From Patescibacteria group bacterium UBA4473 (GTDB lineage: Bacteria; Patescibacteriota; Gracilibacteria; UBA4473), in the NCBI GenBank assembly GCA_002389285.1, contig DGOF01000020.1, forward strand, positions 1 to 57,182: 57,182 nt of DNA, written 5' to 3'. The notes beneath the pieces are model-generated. The model ran no database searches, was not told where the DNA came from, and saw nothing but the letters and a program-made list of their open reading frames with translations. This document shows, piece by piece, positions 38,035 through 47,943 of the stretch. Position 1 is the first letter of the stretch, and the number at the start of each line of letters is the position of its first letter. Both the position numbers and the translations under genes were made by a program.

Positions 38035-38601
38035 ATGATCCTCCATCAAGCCATCGCCTTTGCCGCGAAACACCACCATCACCAAAAACGCGAAACCGGA
38101 GAAGATTTTATCGCTCATCCTCTGAGGATCATGGAGAACCTGGAAGGACTGGGGATGAGCGAGGAGATCTTAACGGTGGGTGTGCTCCACGATCTAGCGG
38201 AGGACACCCCTGTTTCGTATGGAGAGATAGAGGCCAAGTTCGGCACGGATATCGCTCTGATGGTGTACTTTTTATCCAAAGATGACAAGGCTTATTTCGG
38301 AGAAAACGGCGAACGAGCGCAGCACTACGCGGACAAGATCGCGCAGGGGGCGCGGAAGTATCCGGAAATATTAGTGATTAAATTGAATGACCAGCTGGAT
38401 AATTTACAGACGCTTTACGGATTGAATCTTGAGCGCCGACAGAAAAAAATAAGACACATGAAAAAATACTTCCTGCCGATGTATGAAGAATGGCGGGAAA
38501 AGATCCCGGTCATCTTGATCGAGGCGTTTGAGAAGCTGCTGCGGGAGGTAAAGATTGCAGTAGAACGGGAGGAATGTTATGCGACTGGGTCCCGGGTCTA
38601 A
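38035..38601 (+). CDS. Stand-alone RelA/SpoT-type HD domain protein (small alarmone hydrolase-like)
   Basis: HHHQKR..G..FIAHP, LHDLAEDT, IKLNDQLDN. Confidence 0.85.
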   Translation: MILHQAIAFAAKHHHHQKRETGEDFIAHPLRIMENLEGLGMSEEILTVGVLHDLAEDTPVSYGEIEAKFGTDIALMVYFLSKDDKAYFGENGERAQHYADKIAQGARKYPEILVIKLNDQLDNLQTLYGLNLERRQKKIRHMKKYFLPMYEEWREKIPVILIEAFEKLLREVKIAVEREECYATGSRV

Positions 38602-38698
38602 TCGCCTGGGATGGCAGAGGTGGCAGGGATGCACAAAGTGGGCGGATAAAATAGCCCGTGGTTGACGAAGAGGTGGTTCTTGGAGATACTCAGTCCCC

Positions 38699-39199
38699 AT
38701 GAAAGTAACACTCCTAATGGCCTTGACGCTGGATGGACGCATCGGTAAAGATGCGGATCATTTAGCTGATTGGAGTGAAAAGGCGGACAAAAAGCTTTTT
38801 GTTGAGAAGACGAAAGAGGCGGGGGTCTTGATCATGGGATCAAAAACATTTGATACTATCGGTCGGCCGCTACCGGGGCGCAAAAACATAGTCTTAACAC
38901 GCACCCCAGAAACGCGCGTTTCTTCTGAAAATCTTATTTTTACGTCTGATACGCCTGAGAAAATTTTAAAAAATTTAGAACAAGAAGGCTTTGAAGAAGT
39001 GATCTTGGCCGGCGGCATGCAGATTAATACGCTTTTTGCCGAGGCCAAGCTTATTGATGAAATACTCGTCACCATCGCGCCGATCATCTTTGGTCAGGGA
39101 TTAGGGCTTTTTGAATCAACTATTGAAATGAATCTTGAACTTATTGAAACGGGTCCGCTGGGAGAAAACTCCCTCTGGGTGCGATACAAGGTTGCCTAA
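38699..39199 (+). CDS. folA: Dihydrofolate reductase family protein
   Basis: TLDGRIG, IMGSKTF, RPLPGRKNIV, AGG. Confidence 0.85.
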   Translation: MKVTLLMALTLDGRIGKDADHLADWSEKADKKLFVEKTKEAGVLIMGSKTFDTIGRPLPGRKNIVLTRTPETRVSSENLIFTSDTPEKILKNLEQEGFEEVILAGGMQINTLFAEAKLIDEILVTIAPIIFGQGLGLFESTIEMNLELIETGPLGENSLWVRYKVA

Positions 39200-39230
39200 A
39201 GAGAGACAAAAAACTAATCTGTTTTCGCGC

Positions 39231-39893
39231 ATGATCCTCACTCGTCACGATATTCTTCACCGCCTACAAAAGGGAGAACTTTCCTTCTCTCCCAACTTAG
39301 ATGACTATCAAAATCAGCCGCATGCCGTAGATTTGCGCCTGGGAACGACTTTTTATATTCCTAAGATTTGGAAACTTACAGATAAAGGAAGAGAGGTCTT
39401 GAATGTTGATTTGACGCAGTCAGCGGGAGATAATTATGAACAGATAGAATTAAAACCCGGTCAGTTTTTTGAACTGGCCCCGGGAGAGTCTGTCATTGCT
39501 TCTACGCTGGAAAAGGTAGCCCTCAATGCGCCCGATCTCATGGGGGTCCTTTATCCAAGAAGCTCGGTGAATAGACGTGGGCTGTCTGTTGATATGACCG
39601 GGATTGTTGACGCGCACTATTCCGGACACTTAATGATTCCGATTTTAAATAAAACACAGTCACAGGTTATTCGCATTTATCCAGGGGAGCGTATCTGCCA
39701 GATTGTTTTTCAACTTCTCACACAAGGGCTTGAGAGTACTGATGCACTGCGACATGGGAAAATAGAGGCAAAATATAATAATGCTGGGGCGGAAGAACTC
39801 AGCAGTAAACAAGATGCTGAAAGCGAAGTTTCCGCAATTCGTGCAGGAGACTTTTCGGCGCTGAAAAAATATCCTTATGGTGGTGACGCATGA
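39231..39893 (+). CDS. dCTP deaminase/dUTPase superfamily protein lacking the deaminase catalytic Glu
   Basis: QPHAVDLRLG, PRSS..R.GL, GIVDAHYSG, GERICQ; LMIPILN where Dcd has xxLExxN. Confidence 0.85.
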   Translation: MILTRHDILHRLQKGELSFSPNLDDYQNQPHAVDLRLGTTFYIPKIWKLTDKGREVLNVDLTQSAGDNYEQIELKPGQFFELAPGESVIASTLEKVALNAPDLMGVLYPRSSVNRRGLSVDMTGIVDAHYSGHLMIPILNKTQSQVIRIYPGERICQIVFQLLTQGLESTDALRHGKIEAKYNNAGAEELSSKQDAESEVSAIRAGDFSALKKYPYGGDA

Positions 39894-40345
39894 AGATTCC
39901 CTACTTACCTGAAGGCCGTGAAATTTTGTACGTAGAAGCCGATCATGCTTTTTTACAGGAGGCTCGCCTGTATGCCGAAGAACACTCTTCTGATCACCTA
40001 CACCCCACGGGGGCGGTTATTGTTCGTGAGAACGAAGTTTTGGGCCGAGGAGCCAATGTTTCACACTACCACGAGGACCATGGATGTCGTCGTAAAGAAT
40101 TAAACATCCCTACCGGTGAAGGCTATGAACTCTGCAAAGGCTGTTCTCCCAAAAATCATGCCGAACAAGCGGCCATTGCAGATGCTCAAACAAGACATTC
40201 CCAAGAAAAAATAGCAGAAGCCGATCTTTATCTCTGGGGACACTGGTGGTGCTGTGAAAGTTGTTGGGATTGTATAATAAAATCCGGCTTAAAAAATGTA
40301 TATTTGGTCGAAGAAGCCTTTACGTATTTTGGCCGACCCTCATAA
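39890..40345 (+). CDS. dCMP deaminase family zinc deaminase
   Basis: GAVIV, GCRRKELNIPTG..YELC, HAE, CCESC; ATGA overlap with the upstream gene. Confidence 0.85.
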   Translation: MKIPYLPEGREILYVEADHAFLQEARLYAEEHSSDHLHPTGAVIVRENEVLGRGANVSHYHEDHGCRRKELNIPTGEGYELCKGCSPKNHAEQAAIADAQTRHSQEKIAEADLYLWGHWWCCESCWDCIIKSGLKNVYLVEEAFTYFGRPS

Positions 40346-40412
40346 AAAAACAGATAAAAAGAGTTGTCTATACTGGAGGTTCTTCTTATACTTTGATCCC
40401 TTATTTTTTTTC

Positions 40413-40676
40413 ATGAAAAAATTCTTCTTTCTCCAGGCTAAAACTGAAAAAGCTCAATCTTTTATATTGGGTGTTGTGAGTGGATTTGTTGGTATGATCA
40501 TTGCTCTTGCTTGGAACAATATCCTCGTAACCTTTATTGATCTTGTAGGAAAAAAATTCCCCATCCTTTCTTTGTGTGGTGGGGTGGTCGGTGCAGTTCT
40601 TGTCACGGTCTTTTCTATCTGGCTTGGTATGATCTGCTTCTGCCAAATTAATAGTGACACAAAAGATACCAAATAA
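40413..40676 (+). CDS. Small two-TM membrane protein (DUF5654-like)
   Basis: GFVGMIIALAWN motif and two hydrophobic helices. Confidence 0.6.
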   Translation: MKKFFFLQAKTEKAQSFILGVVSGFVGMIIALAWNNILVTFIDLVGKKFPILSLCGGVVGAVLVTVFSIWLGMICFCQINSDTKDTK

Positions 40677-40683
40677 TTGCTAA

Positions 40684-41217
40684 CTAGTAACGTGCCAAGT
40701 GAGCAAAAGCCTTGTTAGACTGTGCCATTCGGTGCATTTCTTCTCGTTTAGAGAAGGCCGTTCCTCGTTCGTTTGCCGCATCAAGAAGCTCTGAAGCCAA
40801 TCGCTTCGCCATAGGCTGTCCTGATTTTTTACGAGCCGCGTCAAGAATCCATCGAATAGCGAGTGTTTGCTGACGTTTCGCCGTTACTTCCGTTGGTACC
40901 TGATAGACCGATCCTCCGATACGTCGAGGACGAACCTCGATGGTTGGGGTTGCATTTTTAATCGCTTTTTCAAAGGTTTTTTGAACATCTTGCTCTCCTC
41001 GACGAAAGATTTCTGCAAATGAATCTTTCAAAATTCGCTGTGCAATAGTCTTTTTCCCACATTTCATAATACAGTTTACGACCTTGCTCTGAAGCGGGTC
41101 TACCAATGAAAATGGAGTGTTGAATTTTGCCTTTTTAGGAGCCTTTGCATCTTTTGCTTCGGCTTTTGGGGCAGCTTTCTTCGTCGTTGCGGTCTTATCT
41201 TCGGTCATAGAGGGCAT
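40684..41217 (-). CDS. rpsG: 30S ribosomal protein S7
   Basis: MKCGKK, EVRPRRIGGSVYQVP, HRMAQSNKAFAH. Confidence 0.97.
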   Translation of the reverse strand: MPSMTEDKTATTKKAAPKAEAKDAKAPKKAKFNTPFSLVDPLQSKVVNCIMKCGKKTIAQRILKDSFAEIFRRGEQDVQKTFEKAIKNATPTIEVRPRRIGGSVYQVPTEVTAKRQQTLAIRWILDAARKKSGQPMAKRLASELLDAANERGTAFSKREEMHRMAQSNKAFAHLARY

Positions 41218-41223
41218 TAATTA

Positions 41224-41640
41224 TTAGCTAGATTTAGGTCGTTTTGTTCCATAACGAGAACGAGCCTGTCTTCGATCAGTTACTCCTTGCGTATCAAGTG
41301 TCCCCCTGACAATGTGATAACGCACTCCAATCAAATCTTTCACTCGTCCACCTCGAAGCAATACTACGGAATGTTCTTGAAGGTTGTGTCCTTCTCCCAT
41401 AATGTAAGCATTTACCTCTTCTCCATTCGTCAATCGCACACGCGCAATTTTTCGCAACGCGGAGTTTGGCTTTTTTGGAGTCATGGTCGTCACCTTGATA
41501 CAAACACCTCGCTTCTGAGGAGATGGATGCTTCGCTCTTTTGTTCTTGAGCGTATTAAAGATGGTTCCCAAAGCGGGAGACTTTGATTTCACGACTTTCT
41601 TTTTTCGTGATTTTCGAACGAGCTGATTAATAGTTGGCAT
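41224..41640 (-). CDS. rpsL: 30S ribosomal protein S12
   Basis: [27 protein letters not shown]. Confidence 0.98.
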   Translation of the reverse strand: MPTINQLVRKSRKKKVVKSKSPALGTIFNTLKNKRAKHPSPQKRGVCIKVTTMTPKKPNSALRKIARVRLTNGEEVNAYIMGEGHNLQEHSVVLLRGGRVKDLIGVRYHIVRGTLDTQGVTDRRQARSRYGTKRPKSS

Positions 41641-41653
41641 AAAAATAAAGGAT

Positions 41654-44600
41654 TTATTTTGATTCTTCGTAGATTTCTGGTGTCTTAAGTCCGGTAAGTG
41701 CGCGCTGTGCTAGAGAGGCTTCGTAGCCCTCTCCCGCCGGAATGAGCCGGCCGATAATAACGTTTTCTTTGAGTCCGTCAAGCGTATCTATGCGCCGACT
41801 AACAGCGGCGTCAACCAACACACGGATTGTTTCCTGAAAGGAAGCAGCTGAAAGCCATGAATCCGTCCAGAGGGCGATTCTCGTCAATCCCAACAAGAGA
41901 CGTTCTCCTGACACTCTCCGTTTTTTCTTTTTCTTAAGGTATTCGTTCATCAAAGTGAAAGAAACAATGTTCTTCACCTCTCCTGAGAGCCATCCAGAAT
42001 CTCCTGGTTCGAGAATTCTGACTTTTGATACCATTTGTTTCACAATCACTTCAATATGCTTCTCGTTGATATGCTGTCCCTGTGAAGCATAAATTCCCTG
42101 AACGTCTTCTAGGATATACTCTTGAACCGATTCTACCGACGTCAGTTCCATCAAAACACGAGGATCGAGGTGCCCGATAGTAAGGGGTTGTCCTTTTTTA
42201 ACCTCCACTTTATTTTGTATTCGAAGCGTCATTCGCGGAGGAATGGTGTAAACTTTCACCTGTGCCTCATCCTGAAGAATCGTCACATGATCTGTGTTTA
42301 CTTCCAAAACTTTTCCTGCGCATCGAGACTTGATCGTACTCTTTGTTTCCGTTGAACGAGCAATGATTTGTTTTTCTCGAATTACATCGCCTTTTTTTAC
42401 ATCAGGTTCAAAGTTAAGTCCCAAGTGGTGCACGTCTTCTTCGGCTTTGTTCGCCGCAATGGTAATTTTTGTATCATTTTTTCCTTTTTTCACTTTCGCA
42501 AAACCTGAAATTTCAGAAATCACCGCTGGTGAGCTTGGAGATCGTGCCTCAAAAAGTTCTTCCACACGAGCCAATCCCTGAGTAATAGATGCTTCCTCTG
42601 AAGCCACCCCTCCCATATGGAAGGTTCTCATGGTCAACTGTGTTCCTGGTTCTCCAATAGACTGCGCGGCAATAATTCCTACCGGTGTTCCGATTTTTAC
42701 CGATTTGTGGTTCCCTAGGTCGTATCCATAACACTTTTGGCAAACACCGCCTTCTGTTTTACAGAACATAACCGATCGAACACAAACCTCTGTTATTTGT
42801 TCGTCTCGAACCACTTCAATACCGTGTTCATCGATAAGAGTACCTGCTTTTAAAATAGTCTTTTCTCCTTTTTTCATAGGTTGTGCCAAAACACGTCCCA
42901 AGATTCTCTTCTCAAAATCAAGGCCTAGGGCTTCTGAGTTTTCTCGTGTAAGTGTTTTAAAGTGTTTTGTTTTACAATCCTCATCTCGTACCACAACATC
43001 CTGGACCGAATCAACGAGACGTCGCGTTAGGTATCCTGCCTCAGCCGTCTTAAGCGCCGTATCGGATTTACCCTTACGTCCACCATGCGTTGCGATAAAG
43101 TATTCAAGAATCGTAAATCCTTCCATAAGGTTTGATCGAATCGGAAGTTCAATTGTTTTCCCCGATGGACTGGCCACCAACCCCTTCATTCCCGCAAGCT
43201 GTGTAATCTGTCCCCAGTTTCCACGTGCTCCAGAATCAATTTGATAAAAAATATCATTCTGTCGGTCATACTGTTGTACCATTTCTTCCAAAATATCGGC
43301 TTTCACTTTCCCCCAAAGTTTAATGGTGTGGTTGTAGCGCTCTTCGTCCGTAATAAGTCCCGTCCAATAAAGATTTTGAATGTTTGCCACAATATCATTA
43401 GCCTTGCTGATAATGACTTTTTTGTTGGGCGGGGTTTTGAGATCAAAGGCTGAAATTGAAATTCCTGAATGGGTTGCATAGAGAAATCCAAGGTCTTTGA
43501 TGTCATCGGCAAGTTTTGCCGTAATAGCAACACCAAGCTTTGTGTGAGATACGGCTAAGATGTTAGAAAGTTCTTTTTTCCCAAAAGAATTATTTTGATA
43601 TCCCAATTCATCAGGAATAACTTCGTTGAAAATAATACGTCCAATAGTCGTTTCTAAAATTTCTCCATTAACACGCACTTTGATAATAGCCTGAAGGTGT
43701 ATATTTTCACTTTCATAGGCTAACTTTGCACTCTCTGCCGTAGGGAATACCCTTCCTTCTCCTAATTTTCCTTCGAATTGTTGTGTCAAAAAGTAACATC
43801 CCAAAACCATATCCTGAGAAGGATTAATAACCGGATCTCCGGAAGAAGGTTTAAGAAGGTTTTTTGCCGAACACATAATCTCACGCGCCTCGTATTGAGC
43901 TTTTTTTGAAAGTGGAAGATGGACGGCCATTTGGTCTCCATCGAAATCGGCGTTAAAGGCCGCACAAACAAGTGGGTGCAACTGAATAGCCTTTCCTTCT
44001 ACTAATCTTGGCTGAAAAGCCTGAATTCCTAGTCGATGAAGTGTAGGCGCTCGGTTTAACAACACATATTTTCCCTCAATAATTTCATCCAAAATATCCC
44101 ATACAATTTTTTCCTTGGATTTAATGATTTTTTCTGCGCTTTTCACGTTATAAGCCACTTCAAGCTCAAGCAATTTTGAAATAACAAAAGGCTTAAAAAG
44201 TTCGAGTGTTATATATTTTGGAAGTCCACATTCATAAAGTTTAAGCTGAGGACCTACCACGATAACCGAACGTCCAGAGTAATCGACACGTTTTCCCAAA
44301 AGGTTTTGTCGAAATCGACCCTGTTTCCCCTTCAGCATATCCGACAACGATTTGAGTTTTCGTTTTTGAACATAGTTCATTCCTGCTCGAGAATTTCGAA
44401 CGGAGTTTGCAATAAGAATATCGACCGCTTCCTGCAACATTCGTTTTTCATTTCGACAGATAATTTCTGGCGCTCCGAGCTGAATAAGTTTTTTTAGACG
44501 CGCGTTTCTGTTAATAACTCGTCGATAAAGATCATTTAGGTCTGACGTAGCAAAGCGTCCTCCGTCCAACTGGACCATTGGTCGCAAGTCGGGTGGAATA

Positions 44601-45532
44601 ACAGGAATGACGTTTAAGATCATCCATTCAGGCTTAATACAGCTTCTCAAAAGAGATCCTGCTAAACGCAATCTTTTTACAATTTTTTTCTGCTTTTGTC
44701 CGGAAGAGTTTTTATAATCTTCTTTTAATTGTTCTATAAATTTTTCGAGATTTATTTTCTGGATAATCTCACGAAGGGCGTCGGCTCCGATTCCCGCTCG
44801 AAAAACATGTCCAAATTTCATGGAAATGTTTCGATAAAGCGTCTCTGTTAAGACCTGTCCCACTTCAAGTGATTTAAGTTCGTCTCTCGCTATTTTAAAG
44901 TTTTCATTCACCTGCTCTACTTTTTTCACTAGTTCTTCTTCAAGTGCTAGTTGTTCTGCCTCACTCATATCACCTTTTTTCAAAGCTGTTTTTGCAGCCT
45001 TCAGTGCTTCTGAATTTTCATCTTTCAAAACCTGTAGAACTTTTTTATATTCCGCTTCGAGTTCAAGCATTGATTCTTCTTTTGCACTTTTATCGACATC
45101 AACCACGATATAAGAAGCAAAATAAACAACTTGTTCTAATTTTTTTACCGGAAGATCAAATAAAAGTCCTAATTTAGAAGGAGTTGATCGAAGAAACCAA
45201 GTGTGAGCTACTGGAACAGCAAGTTTAATATGTCCCATTCGTTCTCTTCGTACCGTAGAACGAATAACTTCAACACCACATTTTTCACAAACAATTCCTT
45301 TGTAGCGAATTCTTTTATATTTCCCACAGGCACATTCCCAATTTTTTACGGGACCAAATATGCGCTGACAAAAAAGCCCATCAAATTCGGGCTTCTGGGT
45401 TCGATAATTAATCGTTTCAGGTTTCGTGACCTCTCCGTGTGACCACGATAAAATATCTTCCGGAGAAGCGATGGAGACCGCTATCGCATTAAAATCTTTT
45501 AGGGTCTTGAGGCGATTGTTTCCGTCGTCCAT
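41654..45532 (-). CDS. rpoC: RNA polymerase beta' subunit
   Basis: [34 protein letters not shown], Zn-finger CxCGKY. Confidence 0.99.
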   Translation of the reverse strand: MDDGNNRLKTLKDFNAIAVSIASPEDILSWSHGEVTKPETINYRTQKPEFDGLFCQRIFGPVKNWECACGKYKRIRYKGIVCEKCGVEVIRSTVRRERMGHIKLAVPVAHTWFLRSTPSKLGLLFDLPVKKLEQVVYFASYIVVDVDKSAKEESMLELEAEYKKVLQVLKDENSEALKAAKTALKKGDMSEAEQLALEEELVKKVEQVNENFKIARDELKSLEVGQVLTETLYRNISMKFGHVFRAGIGADALREIIQKINLEKFIEQLKEDYKNSSGQKQKKIVKRLRLAGSLLRSCIKPEWMILNVIPVIPPDLRPMVQLDGGRFATSDLNDLYRRVINRNARLKKLIQLGAPEIICRNEKRMLQEAVDILIANSVRNSRAGMNYVQKRKLKSLSDMLKGKQGRFRQNLLGKRVDYSGRSVIVVGPQLKLYECGLPKYITLELFKPFVISKLLELEVAYNVKSAEKIIKSKEKIVWDILDEIIEGKYVLLNRAPTLHRLGIQAFQPRLVEGKAIQLHPLVCAAFNADFDGDQMAVHLPLSKKAQYEAREIMCSAKNLLKPSSGDPVINPSQDMVLGCYFLTQQFEGKLGEGRVFPTAESAKLAYESENIHLQAIIKVRVNGEILETTIGRIIFNEVIPDELGYQNNSFGKKELSNILAVSHTKLGVAITAKLADDIKDLGFLYATHSGISISAFDLKTPPNKKVIISKANDIVANIQNLYWTGLITDEERYNHTIKLWGKVKADILEEMVQQYDRQNDIFYQIDSGARGNWGQITQLAGMKGLVASPSGKTIELPIRSNLMEGFTILEYFIATHGGRKGKSDTALKTAEAGYLTRRLVDSVQDVVVRDEDCKTKHFKTLTRENSEALGLDFEKRILGRVLAQPMKKGEKTILKAGTLIDEHGIEVVRDEQITEVCVRSVMFCKTEGGVCQKCYGYDLGNHKSVKIGTPVGIIAAQSIGEPGTQLTMRTFHMGGVASEEASITQGLARVEELFEARSPSSPAVISEISGFAKVKKGKNDTKITIAANKAEEDVHHLGLNFEPDVKKGDVIREKQIIARSTETKSTIKSRCAGKVLEVNTDHVTILQDEAQVKVYTIPPRMTLRIQNKVEVKKGQPLTIGHLDPRVLMELTSVESVQEYILEDVQGIYASQGQHINEKHIEVIVKQMVSKVRILEPGDSGWLSGEVKNIVSFTLMNEYLKKKKKRRVSGERLLLGLTRIALWTDSWLSAASFQETIRVLVDAAVSRRIDTLDGLKENVIIGRLIPAGEGYEASLAQRALTGLKTPEIYEESK

Positions 45533-45583
45533 AGCGGAGGATTAAAAAAATATAAGACTCCTGAATGTCTTCAGAGCCTGTCG

Positions 45584-45611
45584 AGTGTAGGTAATAAAGC
45601 TATTTGGTCAA
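45584..45611 (-). promoter_or_regulatory. Promoter directly upstream of rpoC
   Basis: TTGACC-N16-TACACT. Confidence 0.6.
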
Positions 45612-45956
45612 GCTTTTTTCTAATGATTTATTATAAACATCTTTTGTTATTAGCTTTGCTGTTCTGTGTTTTTAAATATTTATAATATTAATAACTAGTT
45701 AATCGCAGTGAAAAGAAGTGTGAAACTTATAAGAGCTCTTTGTTAAGACCTTTAAGGAATGGGGAATATTTTTTGAAAATATTTTTTCAAAAGCCTCCCG
45801 TCTTTTTATTAAAAAATAGGTTCATCTTTATAAGCAGTCTTAAGGGCTAAATGGAGCGGACAAAAAAAGTTCTTGAAAAAGATAAAAAACGGTGCAAAAG
45901 TTTTTGAAAAGTCTTGTTAAGAAACAAGCCTACTCGGTGTGATATAAATCAAACTC

Positions 45957-47297
45957 TTAAAAGGACTGAAATATCCCATTTGGCCCTATTTGATCCACTA
46001 AATCATAAGGAAGCTCTTTTTGTAATACTTCCTGGAAACGCGTCGCATAGTGATTTTTTGGTAATTTTGAGAGTTCTTTTTGAAGTGTTGAAATCTGCAG
46101 AGTTTTCAACGGAGAATTTGTCACTTTTCGTAAGAAATTGTGGATATATTTTTTTTGTAAAACATGAAGTTCTTTTTGTACTTCTTTCTGTGACAATGAA
46201 AAAAGTTGTTCCAATAAAACATATCGATTAAAGGTTTGAACCTGTGTTTGTGGATAGGAGAACCCGAGAGAGGTTCTATTTCGACGAAGGAGTGTTAGAA
46301 GCGTTTCTATGGCCTGTGTTTCTTGTAATAGCTCAACATCTTTTGTTCGATCTGAAAGTTGATCATAAACCTCAGAAAGAGTCGTAAAACGAAGGTGTCT
46401 TCTTTTTATAATAGTAAGGTCTCGAGCACTATCAAGAACCTGTGTTAGAGATCTAAATGATTTTTCTGCCGAAATTAAATCTCTCATTCCCTTTGATGCA
46501 TTTTGTTGAAGAAAGGCTTCCATGGAAGCCAGTGCTTTTGTTCGGGTTATAATTAACTTTGAAGCAAGAGCCTCTAGTTGTGAATCAGAAAGTGCGAGGT
46601 CTTTTGGAGCCAGAACATCCTCTAATGCAGTGTCTGTTCGAAGAGAGATTTCTTCTCCTGCGGAAAGCTGTGTTCGACGAAGCTGAGAATCAAAAACACT
46701 GAGATTATTTTTTTGAACAATGGTTTTCATTTCACCACTGTCACTCACAATAACAATAAAGTGTGTGTTTTTATCTCCTCGTGAAACCCCTCTTTTTGCC
46801 ATAACCTCCCCCGTTCCTTTATTATGAAGAACTCCTTGTTCGAGAAAAAGACCTCCCTCGTCTTGTACACAAACTGTGGTACGATCCTTGGCAATAGAAG
46901 TAAGATGTCCGAGTGTAATCTCTGCTTCTGATCGATTTCCAATACGAACACAGTCTCCAGGTTTTAAAGAAAGACTTCCTTCTAAAACAAAAACACTACC
47001 TTCTCTCATTATTTCAACAAGCCCCCCTTGTGGAGTGATCTGACCCGCTATGGTGTCGCCTTCTCCTGCCGGGAATATATTAAGAAAAGTAAGCGCTATT
47101 ACTGACACGAATCCTAATGATGATGTGCGAGAAAAAAGCCTTCTCCAGAAAAGAAAGGGAACGCGTTCTTTTTGTGCCCGCTGAAACTCTTCATGGAGAA
47201 GGGTTTTAAGCGAGTTTTTATAGGCCGTCCGGGGAGACCTTGTGGTCGCCGTTCGGAAGAAATCTCGTAAAGCTTTTTCTAAGTCGTGAAAAGTCAT
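45957..47297 (-). CDS. Single-TM protein with a FecR-like beta domain (anti-sigma-like architecture)
   Basis: Short cytoplasmic N-terminus, TM helix, G.VEI.R...LKPGD.VR.G..SEAEI. Confidence 0.55.
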   Translation of the reverse strand: MTFHDLEKALRDFFRTATTRSPRTAYKNSLKTLLHEEFQRAQKERVPFLFWRRLFSRTSSLGFVSVIALTFLNIFPAGEGDTIAGQITPQGGLVEIMREGSVFVLEGSLSLKPGDCVRIGNRSEAEITLGHLTSIAKDRTTVCVQDEGGLFLEQGVLHNKGTGEVMAKRGVSRGDKNTHFIVIVSDSGEMKTIVQKNNLSVFDSQLRRTQLSAGEEISLRTDTALEDVLAPKDLALSDSQLEALASKLIITRTKALASMEAFLQQNASKGMRDLISAEKSFRSLTQVLDSARDLTIIKRRHLRFTTLSEVYDQLSDRTKDVELLQETQAIETLLTLLRRNRTSLGFSYPQTQVQTFNRYVLLEQLFSLSQKEVQKELHVLQKKYIHNFLRKVTNSPLKTLQISTLQKELSKLPKNHYATRFQEVLQKELPYDLVDQIGPNGIFQSF

Positions 47298-47352
47298 CTT
47301 TTTGCAAGAAGATAGAACGGCCCAGAACGGGCTTTGTTACAAAGAAAAAACT

Positions 47353-47943
47353 TTATTCAGAAAGAGGTGTCGCCTTTTTGATGAAAATTTCTTTTAAAGG
47401 ACGATCGCTGATGTCTGTTTTCATGGATGCTATTTTATCAACCACCGCCATTCCAGAAACAACCTGCCCAATAATAGAATGTCGTCCATCAAGGAACGTT
47501 GCGTCTTCATGAACGATGAAGAACTGAGAAGCGTTTGTATTCGGCCCTCGGTTTGCCATAGAAACAGCGCCTCGGACGTGGGATAGGTTTTGTGAGAATT
47601 CGTCTTCAAGAGAACCTCCTTCGTAAGCCTGTCCACCCGTTCCATCCATATTTTCGTAATCTCCACCTTGGACCATAAATCCATTAATTACCCGATGAAA
47701 AGGTGTTCGGTGATATTTCCCTTCTTTTGCTAGGGCTACAAAGTTTTGAGCAAGCTTCGGTGCTTCGTTGTGATGAAGTTGAATTTTGATATCTCCCATG
47801 TCTGTTTCTAAAAGCACGAAGTCCTGAGAACCGCCTCCTTCGAACAATGAGGCAGAAAGATTAACGGCTCCAGAGAAATAAAGAATTCCCCCAAGAACAA
47901 CTCCAGCGAGCGTGAGACCAAAAAATCGTTTATTCATATGCAA
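47353..47943 (-). CDS. Cyclophilin-type peptidyl-prolyl isomerase, membrane-anchored
   Basis: FHRVINGFMVQGGD, SMANRGPNTNASQFFI, LDGRH. Confidence 0.95.
   Translation of the reverse strand: MHMNKRFFGLTLAGVVLGGILYFSGAVNLSASLFEGGGSQDFVLLETDMGDIKIQLHHNEAPKLAQNFVALAKEGKYHRTPFHRVINGFMVQGGDYENMDGTGGQAYEGGSLEDEFSQNLSHVRGAVSMANRGPNTNASQFFIVHEDATFLDGRHSIIGQVVSGMAVVDKIASMKTDISDRPLKEIFIKKATPLSE

Noticed and set aside
35068-40345. Phage-type DNA hypermodification cluster
   Set aside because: No DNA polymerase, glycosyltransferase, kinase or phage context; kept only as an alternative to the dTMP-pathway hypothesis.
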